A DNA stretch of 64,000 nucleotides, taken from contig CAWCZK010000005.1 of assembly GCA_963800025.1 (NCBI GenBank), forward strand, positions 269,184-333,183, written 5' to 3'. Positions 1 to 8,828 of this stretch are shown in pieces. The notes under the pieces are model-generated. The model made no database searches, was not told where the DNA came from, and was given only the letters and a program-made list of their open reading frames with translations. A program made the position numbers and the translations under genes. How positions within the stretch are numbered: position 1 is the stretch's first letter; every line of letters begins with the position of its first letter. The DNA is from an uncultured Acidobacteriaceae bacterium (GTDB lineage: Bacteria; Acidobacteriota; Terriglobia; Terriglobales; Acidobacteriaceae).

Positions 1-386
1 ATCTCCAGCGAAAAGGTCCGCGCATTCGGCCACGGCGGTTCCCCGCAGGCTAGGATGCGCGCCTTCACGTGCGGATACCGAGCCATCACCCGGCGCGCTG
101 CGGCCAAGCCCAGGTCGTTCTCCTGGCGCGCGCAAAATAAAATTTCAAACTCCGGATAATCCTGCTCGAAAAAGCTGGCCAGATTCCGTTCCAGGTCGGG
201 CTCGTTGCCGTGCACGGCTTTCAGCACGCTCACGGGCGGCAGGAATACCGCCTGGTTCACATCCCCCCCGCCGCGCCGGAAGCGCATCACTCCCGCGACC
301 ACCATCAGGCTGTAAATTGTCGAGGTGACGATGCCGAAGATGCCGAACCCAATCAGGCAGTCATCAGCGATCCGGGCGACGTTCAT
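1..386 (-). CDS. Glycosyltransferase, GT21/GT2 type (ceramide glucosyltransferase / hopanoid HpnI-like). N-terminal part only; the gene runs off the window start
   Basis: Not in the ORF track because it runs off the edge. My minus-strand translation from ATG 386..384 gives MNVARIADDCLIGFGIFGIVTSTIYSLMVVAGVMRFRRGGGDVNQAVFLPPVSVLKAVHGNEPDLERNLASFFEQDYPEFEILFCARQENDLGLAAARRVMARYPHVKARIL... This is an N-terminal TM helix followed by the PVSxLKxxxGxxPxLxxNLxSFFxxDYPxxExLFC pattern typical of GT21 enzymes. The start lies 13 nt downstream of the stop of the same-strand GT39 gene. Confidence 0.6.
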   Translation of the reverse strand, partial: MNVARIADDCLIGFGIFGIVTSTIYSLMVVAGVMRFRRGGGDVNQAVFLPPVSVLKAVHGNEPDLERNLASFFEQDYPEFEILFCARQENDLGLAAARRVMARYPHVKARILACGEPPWPNARTFSLE

Positions 387-399
387 GGTCGAAAGGTTC

Positions 400-2397
400 T
401 CACTTCACGGGCCGGTCCGTCCACAGCGTCTTGTCGGCCAGCGTTTGAACTTCATACAGCCGCCCTGCCAGCACCGTCTCAACGTTCGCCCGATCCGGAT
501 CTTCGGCGAAAATCCATTTGCGTTCGCCCGTCCCCCATATCGCTGCCAGTTTCGCAGGGCTCAGGAAAATGTCCGGCGCATCGGGATAGCACGATCCCCA
601 CAGAAGCGTGGTCCCTTCGCTGTTCTGCCCGCACCGCGGCAGCACCAGCATCGCCGGCCTTCCCCGGAAGAAGTCGTTCGTGTAAAAGATGACCGATGAT
701 CCCGACGACTGCTCGCCGTAAATGATCAGGATGTCGTTCGGCGTGCCGTCGCTCATGATCGTGTCGGCCATCGGCCTTGAGCTCAGCATGGGCTCAAATC
801 GCGCAAACGCGATATGCGCGGCCACAAAGAACACCGTCATCGTCAACGCCATGCTCACGGTGGCTGCAAGGTGCTTCTTCCTGAGCCGCAGCAACCATCC
901 CGGCATCGGTCCAAACAGCAAAGTGATCGCCGCCAATCCTGCAGGCAGCCGCAGCGCCGCGAACGACTCGCCGGTCAAATCGAACAAGTGCGACATAGAC
1001 AGCGTGTAGTCGCCCACGCCGCGATGCGCCAGCACCGTTCCAATGTCTGCCACGTACGGCAAATTGCGCGAGGTCCACAGTCCCCACGCCAGAGCCGCAG
1101 CGGCCGCCACACCGATCGCCGCAAACACCGCCTGTGCACCGGTTAGCCAGGCTATCGAGAGCGTTGGCTTGCCGCCTTTTACGCCGTCGTTCTCTTCAAC
1201 GTCCGCTATCACCCCAGCAATCAACATCACAAGCGGCGGCCACACCGGAAACGTGTAGTATTCCTGGTTCGTCGAAATCGAAAAGAAGATCAGGGTCCAC
1301 GCCGAGAACAGACTCAACAGCCAGATTGTCCTTGTGCGGAATTTGATCCGCCGAACGTAGCTGCCCACGTCTTCGCGCATGGCGTGATCGAGATAAAAAT
1401 CTACAGTGTCGCCTGAATCATGCCGCAGGTGCTTAAGCCAGGTGCGCCGCGTCTTCCAGGCCATTGCAGCCAAGGCGCCCAGAAAAAGACTCCAGGGGAA
1501 AATCCAGATCAGTTCGCCCAGCCAATACCAAAGTGCCGGCATTTTGTTGTAGTCGTGCGGGTAGCGCAGGTTAAAGAATCGCAGAACGTGTTCGTTGATG
1601 AAGTATTGGTAGAAGAATCCGTGCACATTCCCGATTGTGGGGTGGTTGCCCACTGGGTGTCCCTGGTCGTGATTGATGATGCCGCAAGCAATGTGCCACG
1701 GTGCTGCGATCGCCAAAAACAAAAGAAATCCCGAAACCGGCTTCAGCGCCTTCCACCGTCGCCATTGCCCGGTCAGGAGCAGATACGGGATTGCCGCGCC
1801 TCCAAAAAACACCGGCGCAATCAAGCCCTTCGTCATCAGCGCCAGCGCCACTCCCGCCCACGCCCAATACATCATCGCCGGACGGTTATCTTCAAGGCTG
1901 ACGATGAGCGCGTACAAGGCGATCAGCAGAAACAGTGAGAGGATCGACTCAGGAATGATGAAGCGCGTAAACAAAAATGCGCCTACCGACGTCAGCACGC
2001 CCAGCCCGGCGTAGAAACCGGCGCGTTCGCCCCACGCCCGCCGCCCCCATAGCCACGCGAGCCAGGTGAGCCCCAGCATTGCGAGCGCATTGGGCAGGTG
2101 CGTGGCGAACGTGTTCTCGCCGAACACCTTGTACGTCCCTGCCACAAGCCAATAGGGCAACGGCGGTTTTTCAATATAACGGATGCCGTCGGTTTTCGCG
2201 GTGATCAGGTCGCCGCTCTCGGCAATGTGCTGCGCCGCCTGCGCGTGCGATGCATCCACGTCGTCCAGCAGCGGCGGAGAGAACAACGACGCGAAATAAA
2301 TCGCGCCCCACAGGACAACAAACACCAGCCACGCCGTGCGCGTGGAGATAGCGGCTTGCGGGCGATCGATTGTCCTCACTGTGTTCATCGTTGTCAT
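400..2397 (-). CDS. Glycosyltransferase family 39 (ArnT / PMT_2-like lipid- or protein-glycosyltransferase), polytopic membrane protein
   Basis: ORF 400..2583. It contains IEKPPLPYWLVAGTYKVFGENTFATHLPNALAMLGLTWLAWLWG, an ArnT/PMT-type first periplasmic loop, plus many TM segments. I trimmed the start to ATG 2397 (MTTMNTVRT...) because the upstream 62 codons are Arg-rich and not protein-like. Confidence 0.75.
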   Translation of the reverse strand: MTTMNTVRTIDRPQAAISTRTAWLVFVVLWGAIYFASLFSPPLLDDVDASHAQAAQHIAESGDLITAKTDGIRYIEKPPLPYWLVAGTYKVFGENTFATHLPNALAMLGLTWLAWLWGRRAWGERAGFYAGLGVLTSVGAFLFTRFIIPESILSLFLLIALYALIVSLEDNRPAMMYWAWAGVALALMTKGLIAPVFFGGAAIPYLLLTGQWRRWKALKPVSGFLLFLAIAAPWHIACGIINHDQGHPVGNHPTIGNVHGFFYQYFINEHVLRFFNLRYPHDYNKMPALWYWLGELIWIFPWSLFLGALAAMAWKTRRTWLKHLRHDSGDTVDFYLDHAMREDVGSYVRRIKFRTRTIWLLSLFSAWTLIFFSISTNQEYYTFPVWPPLVMLIAGVIADVEENDGVKGGKPTLSIAWLTGAQAVFAAIGVAAAAALAWGLWTSRNLPYVADIGTVLAHRGVGDYTLSMSHLFDLTGESFAALRLPAGLAAITLLFGPMPGWLLRLRKKHLAATVSMALTMTVFFVAAHIAFARFEPMLSSRPMADTIMSDGTPNDILIIYGEQSSGSSVIFYTNDFFRGRPAMLVLPRCGQNSEGTTLLWGSCYPDAPDIFLSPAKLAAIWGTGERKWIFAEDPDRANVETVLAGRLYEVQTLADKTLWTDRPVK

Positions 2398-2689
2398 GGT
2401 GGTTGCTGCGTGCTGCTTCGGTCTGCCCGGCGCCAGGGTACTGGTAATGCGGCGCCGTGAAAAGAAAAGAGGTTTCAGTCTCGCAGCATCACGGCCGAGT
2501 TCCCCTGAAACCCGATGGCGCCTCGGTCGAATCCCTATCAGGATAACAGCCGCGTTTCTCCGGCGTTTCACAGTGCAAGGCACACGGGCGCTCTAGCGGG
2601 GCATATTTGACTGCCCACGTCGAGTTTGCAGACCCTCTTCGCTCAGTGTTTGATTGTGAACCGGAAATTGCCCCGGAGCCTCAGCCGCG

Positions 2690-4676
2690 TCATGCCGCCG
2701 GGATCGTGAGCTGGGAAGTTCTCTTCGTGTTGGCGAATGGAATCCGGTGAGTCCCAGGGACGATCAGTTTCCCGGCGCGAAGCAGCACGCGGCAATCGGA
2801 TTCGGGGATTGCCGGGCTGTACAGAAATCCTTGCACTTCTTCACAGTTTTGCTTTCTGAAGTAGTTAAGCTGCTCCGACGTTTCCACGCCCTCCGCCACA
2901 CAAGCCAGGCCAAGATCGCGGCCTAAGTTGATGATGCTTCGCACCACCGCCTCGGCAGTCGGCTCTGAAGCGATGTCACGCAGGAACGAGCGATCGATCT
3001 TAATGCGGTCGATGGGAAACCGTCTCAAATACGACAACGACGACCATCCGGTGCCGAAATCATCGAGTGACAGGCTTACTCCGAGCCGTTTCAGCGCTCG
3101 CATGATCTTGATCGTCGTCTCCGAGTCATCGAGCATCAGGGATTCCGTCAGCTCCACTCCAACCACTTCGGATCCAGGCCGGATTCGGATAGTGCGCGCG
3201 TTACGCTGCTTGCAATATTGCTCCGGTAGAACTGCGTTGACGAGAGATTCACCATCATGCGTATGGGCGGGAGTCCAGCCTTCTGCCACGCCGCGTTTTG
3301 CAGGCACGCGGTTCTCAGCACCCAGTTCCCAACGTCGGTCATCAAACCCAGTTCTTCCAGCCTGCGGAACAAACAGGTTGGGGAAGATCATTCCTTGTTC
3401 CGGATGGCGCCAGCGCAGCAAGGCCTCCACGCCCGTAATGCCGCCCGAATCTGTTGCCACCAGCGGTTGGTAATAAAGCACAAACTCTTCTCGCGCCAGG
3501 GCGTGCTGCAGATCAAATTCCAGCTTCTGCCGGCGTCGCGTCGCATCCGTAAGTTCCGCCGTGAAAAAGGAATAATTGCCGCGCCCACCGTTCTTCGCCT
3601 CGTACATCGCTGTGTCCGCAGCTTGCAGTAAGTCCCGTGGGTTCTCTCCGTCCGAAGGGTATTCGCAAATGCCGATGCTGGCGCCGATCTGAATTCCATG
3701 TCCTTCAATCTCAAAGGACTCTGTTAATGCGCTCAACACCTTGCTCGCCACACGCTCGATATCCTGATCGTTCTCCACCAGCGGAAGGCCGATCACAAAC
3801 TCGTCTCCGCCGAGGCGCGCCACGATGTCGCTTTCGCGCAGGCAATTCCTCAGTCGCACCGCCACAGCCTCAAGCAGACGATCGCCGATATGGTGCCCGA
3901 ATGAATCGTTCACGCTCTTGAAACGGTCCAGATCCAGCATCAGGACGGCGACCCTCTTGCCGTTCCGGCCCGCCAGGGCGATTGCATGGCCAAGCAAATC
4001 CTCGAGAAGCGACCGATTCGGCAGCCCTGTCAGCGCGTCGTGAAGCGCCATGTAGCGGATGCGCAACTCTGCCTGCTTCCGGTCGGTAATGTCCCTCGAA
4101 ATCCCCATCGTGCCCAGGATCCGGCCATGCCGGTCCTTCAGAGGCACCTTCGTCGTCAACACCCACGACTCGTGCCCATCAGGCCAGGTTTCTTTCTCTT
4201 CCATTCCCATAATCCCGCGGCCGGTTTCAATGATTTTCCGTTCGTCTTCGAGGGCCCGGCAGGCGTGCTCGGGCGTGAACATGTCGGAATCCGCTTTTGC
4301 CGTGGCTTCCGCGGGGTCGCTTAGTCCAAAACTATTGGCCAGCGCCCGATTGATGCGCAGAAAGCGGCTGTTGCAGTCCTTGAAATAAACGTGGTCAGGG
4401 ATGTGTTCGAGGGAATGCGCTCAGAAAGTCGCGGTCTGTGCTGTATTCCCGGTCCGCCAGTTCGCGCAGAATCAATAGACCGGCCACCACAGCCAACAGA
4501 AACACGGTCAGTCCGATTGCCGCGACTCCCGGACGTGAGTGGAGGGAATCGCGCGCTACCGGTGAACGTGCCGGCGTTGAGGCGATCAGCAAAACCGTCA
4601 CCATGCATCCCAGCAGCATCGCCGCCAGAGCGATCACAGTGCCCGGAATTGCAGGGAATCGCTTGAAAAACTTCAT
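2690..4676 (-). pseudogene. TM-PAS-GGDEF-EAL c-di-GMP signalling protein, readable only across three frame changes (pseudogene or sequence errors)
   Basis: ORF 4395..4676 supplies two N-terminal TM helices. ORF 2690..4282 supplies the PAS end, GGDEF (RLGGDEFVIGL) and EAL (YYQPLV..., ELTESLMLDD, DDFGTGWSSLSYLRRFPIDRIKIDRSF). Alternate-frame ORF 3148..3372 carries the missing EAL core (EELGLMTDVGNWVLRTACLQNAAWQKAGLPPIRMMVNLSSTQF). The main frame continues upstream as SLEHIPDHVYFKDCNSRFLRINRALANSFGLSDP (PAS N-cap) until a stop at 4421-4423. Frame changes are needed at about 4398-4420, 3355-3365 and 3151-3160. Confidence 0.8.
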
Positions 4677-4933
4677 CTTGACCCATTACGACATAGTTTG
4701 AGTTCTGAGCACACGGTATTTCAGAATCGCGCGCACCCTCCATCCCTAAATCGATTTTCCAAATACCACTTTCCGGTGAGGCAAAGACCCACCTTTGTCA
4801 TAGGTGTCCATGTGCACGGACCAATCCGGCGCGCACGTCCCAGCCCCGGCCGGGCTCGGTCAAGCGGGCGGCGTCACTGTCCACAGACTTCAATCGCCCG
4901 GCAAGGCTTTAACATGCACCAAGGAGAACCCTC

Positions 4934-5611
4934 TTGCTGGTTTGGAAGGCATTTCTCATCGCGTTCAGCGTGCTTCTGCCGCTGATCAACCCGCTCGGCT
5001 CCGCGCTGGTCTTTCTCGGCCTCGTCGGCGACGCGCCGCCCAGCGTCCTTCGCTCTCTCGCGCGCCGCATTGCCATCAACAACATCATCTTCCTCGGGGT
5101 TTTTGAGGTGACGGGCGCGGCCATTCTCAATTTCTTCGGAATCTCTCTGCCCATCGTTCAGCTTTCCGGCGGCATCGTCGTCGCCGCCATGGGTTGGGCA
5201 GTGCTGAACGAGCGCAACGCCGGCGTAGACACTCGCAAGAAGCAGGAAGAGACTGGAAAAGGCAGCGAGCCCGACACCAGTCATCTTGAAGAAAGCGTCT
5301 TCTACCCCTTCACCTTTCCCATCACTTCAGGGCCGGGCACCCTCGTAGGATTGCTCACCGTCACCGCGCACATCTCGGACAAGAATCTTGCCCACAATCT
5401 CCTGGCGCATCTCGGAGTGTTTCTTTCCGTGGTTGTCCTCAGCGTGCTGGTTTATTTCTGCTACGCCAACGCCCCCAAGATCACCAGGAAAATCCCGCCC
5501 TCCACTGCCCACGGAATCCTGCGCGTAATCGCCTTCATTCTGCTCTGCATCGGTATCCAGATTGCATGGAACGGCCTGTCGGCCCTCCTTGCCACCGTCA
5601 TTAAACCGTAG
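4934..5611 (+). CDS. MarC family (UPF0056) integral membrane protein
   Basis: ORF 4934..5611, TTG start 7 nt after AAGGAG (4921-4926). It has six predicted TM segments and the pattern LLPLINPLGSALVFLGL ... FPITSGPGTL typical of MarC/UPF0056. Confidence 0.75.
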   Translation: MLVWKAFLIAFSVLLPLINPLGSALVFLGLVGDAPPSVLRSLARRIAINNIIFLGVFEVTGAAILNFFGISLPIVQLSGGIVVAAMGWAVLNERNAGVDTRKKQEETGKGSEPDTSHLEESVFYPFTFPITSGPGTLVGLLTVTAHISDKNLAHNLLAHLGVFLSVVVLSVLVYFCYANAPKITRKIPPSTAHGILRVIAFILLCIGIQIAWNGLSALLATVIKP

Positions 5612-5746
5612 CTCTGGATTCTTTTTGACCCCTGCAACCAATCTCCGCTGTTGCCGCTTGTGGAACTCGCGTCAACAACCGCGCGACGCCTTCGTGTATC
5701 TTGGCGATGGGTCGATTCCATCGCTTCGGAGCGCATTTAAAAAATC

Positions 5747-7343
5747 ATGCCGACATTCGCCGCCATCGACATCGGTTCCAACTCCTGCAGACTCAAGATC
5801 GCCCGCGTCCATGCGCATCGACTCAAAACAGTTGCGGAAGATCGCGAGGTCACGCGCCTCGGTGGCAGCGTATTTGATACCGGCCTCATCTCGCCTGAGG
5901 CCATGGCGGCCACTTTGCGCGCGCTCAAGCGTTTTCAGCGCTCCGTGCAGGCTCACGGCGTCGACCGCATTCGCGTGGTGGCTACTGCGGCCATGCGTGA
6001 CGCCCGCAACTCGGCTGCCTTTCAGGCCTGGGTCAAGGCCGAGACCGGCTGGAACATGGAGATCATCTCCGGCCTCGAGGAAGGCCGCCTCATCCATCTC
6101 GGAGTCACCGGCGCCGAACCGGGAGCCGGTGGCCGCGTGCTGCTTCTCGATCTCGGCGGCGGAAGCTGCGAGATCACGCTCTCTGAGCACAAGCGCATCA
6201 AGGAGACGGTCAGTCTGCCGCTCGGGGCAGTCCGGTTAACCGAGCAATTTCTCTCCGACGATCCTGCTCCGCGCGATGGTCTGGTGCGCATGCGGCAGTT
6301 GATTGCGCGCGAGCTGCGTCGCGCGCATCGCAGAATTCAGCCCGGCCGCGCGCCTTTAGTGATTGCCACCTCGGGCACAGCTGCGGCGCTCTCCGCCGCT
6401 TATGCTCAAGGCGCAAAGAATGGCAAGCCGGGGGCGAAGAAGGCTGGCAAGTCCCTCGCCAAATCCGGTTCCGACCGCGCCGAAGATCGCTCCGCCATTC
6501 TGGCCGGAATGGTGCCTGCGCGCTCCGTACGTAAACTTGCCGGCAAGCTGGCCAAGATGTCGCTCCCGCAGCGCGAGGCCGTGCCCGGCATTGGCCCGCG
6601 CCGCGCTGAAATCATCGTCGCCGGCGCAGAGGTCTACTCTGAAATCCTTGAGAGTTTCGGGCTGAAAGGCTTTCGCTACTCGCCCCTCGGCCTGCGCGAC
6701 GGCATTCTGGCGCAGATGCTTGCCGAACAGGATGCACGCGCGAAAGCACACCGCGAGTTCGAGCATGAGCGCTGGGAGAGCGTGCTATCCACGGCGCGCC
6801 GCTACGGCGTCGATCCCCGCCAGGCCGATCCCGTGCGCGCCCATACCGTCCAGCTTTTTCGCGAGCTCAAGTCCATGCACGAGCTTCCCACGGAATACGA
6901 GAGGCTGGCTCGCTGCGGCCGCCATGCTCCGCGATACAGGAAAGTTCATTAACCACCAGGGCCATCACCGGCACACGCAATACATCATCTCCAGCTCTGA
7001 AATTTATGGATATACGCAGTTGCAGCGCACTCTCGTCTCGGCCATTGCGCGCTACCTGGGCAAAAGCCGTCCTCAGCCTGGCGATCGCGCTCTGCGCAAC
7101 ATTCCCGCCGACGAGCACAAGAACGTCAATCGCGCCGTGGTCCTGCTGCGCCTCGCGATAGCCTTGAATCAGGATCGCGCCTCGGACGTTTTGCGCGTCA
7201 CCACGCGGGTCTACCCGAAGAGAGTCTTGCTGGAGTTGCGCCCTGGGCGCACCGGCGCCGAGCTGGAATTGTGGTCTTTGCGCAAAGAAGCCGGCTACTT
7301 CCGCGAAGTCTTCGGACGCGAGCTTTTCGTCACGCTCGCGTAA
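5747..7343 (+). pseudogene. ppx: Exopolyphosphatase Ppx/GppA, interrupted by a +1 frame change near 6904-6909 (or a sequence error)
   Basis: ORF 5747..6952 has the Ppx-GppA N-terminal ATPase fold (AAIDIGSNSCRLKIA, LLLDLGGGSCEI). The C-terminal HD-like domain continues in the frame of ORF 6720..7343 (AAAAMLRDTGKFINHQGHHRHTQYII...). Deleting one g from ctGGctc restores EYERLLAAAAMLRD. Confidence 0.8.
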
Positions 7344-7822
7344 ATGATCCGAGCCGTGCGTGGATCCAGAAGCCACTGCAGCCGTGGCGGATGACGCTCC
7401 ATGTCGACCCGCGCAATCGAGCCTTTGCGCATCCGGATCGATGCGCCGCCGTTGCCGCTGATCATGCGGCCGAGGAACTGAAACATGTTCGGGTTGTGCC
7501 CAACGGCTAGAACCCCCTCGCGGCCGGCGTATTTCGCCAACATGTTCTGGAAATCGGCGAAACTCGCGTTCAATCCGAGGCCTGGGCTGATCTCGACCTT
7601 CCCCTCAAAGCCCAATTCGGTGCCGACGAGCTGCGCTGTTTGCATGGCACGCTTAAGAGAGCTTGAAACGATGGTGTCTATGGGCGCTTTGAGGGCGCCG
7701 AGAACCCGCGCCATGAGCATGCATTGCTGCTTTCCTTCCTTAACGAGGCCTCGCTTTAGATCGAGAATGGGGTTCTCGCGATTGGTGCCGGCATCTGCGT
7801 GGCGCATCAGATAAAGGATCAT
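7295..7822 (-). CDS. sixA: Phosphohistidine phosphatase SixA (histidine phosphatase superfamily)
   Basis: ORF 7295..7822. It has LYLMRHADA (the RHG-type motif), SSSLKRAMQTAQ and VGHNPNM. Its 3' end overlaps the convergent ppx 3' end by 49 nt. Confidence 0.75.
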   Translation of the reverse strand: MILYLMRHADAGTNRENPILDLKRGLVKEGKQQCMLMARVLGALKAPIDTIVSSSLKRAMQTAQLVGTELGFEGKVEISPGLGLNASFADFQNMLAKYAGREGVLAVGHNPNMFQFLGRMISGNGGASIRMRKGSIARVDMERHPPRLQWLLDPRTARIIYASVTKSSRPKTSRK

Positions 7823-7967
7823 GGGGATGGATTCGGTGGGGATGAATCAGGCCGTGCCGAATTCCTACACCCCCATTTTAACAGGTTTGTAACATTCGGC
7901 CGCGCACTGAATCGACGCAGGCCCGTCCTGCCAACGCAATTTCATTCAACTCGAGTTCAGTTTCGGC

Positions 7968-8804
7968 TTAATGAACAACGTGAAAAGTACGTTTCCACCG
8001 AGTGTCTGAGAAGAAGTGCACCAGCACATGACCGATCCATGCGAACTGGTGACCGAATCCCGCTTGTCCAAGTTGTGCCTCTGTGGCCTCGAACGACCAG
8101 TAGTTGAACAGCGGACGGCCGACGATGTTGGCACGCGGCACGAAGCCCCAGTAGCGCGAGTCCAGGCTGTTGTGCCGGTTGTCGCCCATCATGAAGTACA
8201 TCCCCGGCGGCACAACCAGGTCGCCGCCCTGTATGTAATTTGGGAAGGCAATGTCCCACGACTCGGTCGAGTCGGACATCTCGGACGGGGGAACCGCGGG
8301 GAAATCGTCGAGGAACTCATTGAAGTTATCGGTCGTCGTCGGCTGCGCAAATCCCGCAAACTGTGCGACACCATTCACAATCACAATGCCATTGCGCAGA
8401 TGAATATGATCACCCGGTACGCCAAGCAATCTCTTCACGAGGGGGGTGTACTTCGGTGTCCCATCGGCGTCTGTCGAATCAATACCAGGCTGATAGACGG
8501 GCTTGAGGAACACCACTACATCGCCGCGCCGCGGCTCGCGATAATGCACCAGTGGCTCAATCCATTTGGCCTGCGGTTCCAGCGTTATGTGATCGACAAC
8601 CAGGTGATCGCCAATCAGCAGTGTGTTCTCCATTGAACCTGACGGAATGAGGTAGTTCTGAGCTATGAAGGTCAGAATAAACAGGCCCACTACGAGAACG
8701 GAGCAGATGCTGGCCAGTGCCTCGAAAGGGGTTTCCTCTCGTTTGGGGTTGCCGGAATCGCCGCGCATCGCTGACTCAGGAGAATTCTTCTTCGTTCGAT
8801 TCAT
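7968..8804 (-). CDS. lepB: Signal peptidase I (S26 family)
   Basis: ORF 7968..8804. It has an N-terminal TM helix, the catalytic Ser box SGSMENTLLIGDHLVV, and the GDNRHNSLDSRYWGFVP box. Confidence 0.9.
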   Translation of the reverse strand: MNRTKKNSPESAMRGDSGNPKREETPFEALASICSVLVVGLFILTFIAQNYLIPSGSMENTLLIGDHLVVDHITLEPQAKWIEPLVHYREPRRGDVVVFLKPVYQPGIDSTDADGTPKYTPLVKRLLGVPGDHIHLRNGIVIVNGVAQFAGFAQPTTTDNFNEFLDDFPAVPPSEMSDSTESWDIAFPNYIQGGDLVVPPGMYFMMGDNRHNSLDSRYWGFVPRANIVGRPLFNYWSFEATEAQLGQAGFGHQFAWIGHVLVHFFSDTRWKRTFHVVH

Positions 8805-8828
8805 CCAAAGGCTCCGAAGGGGAAATCC

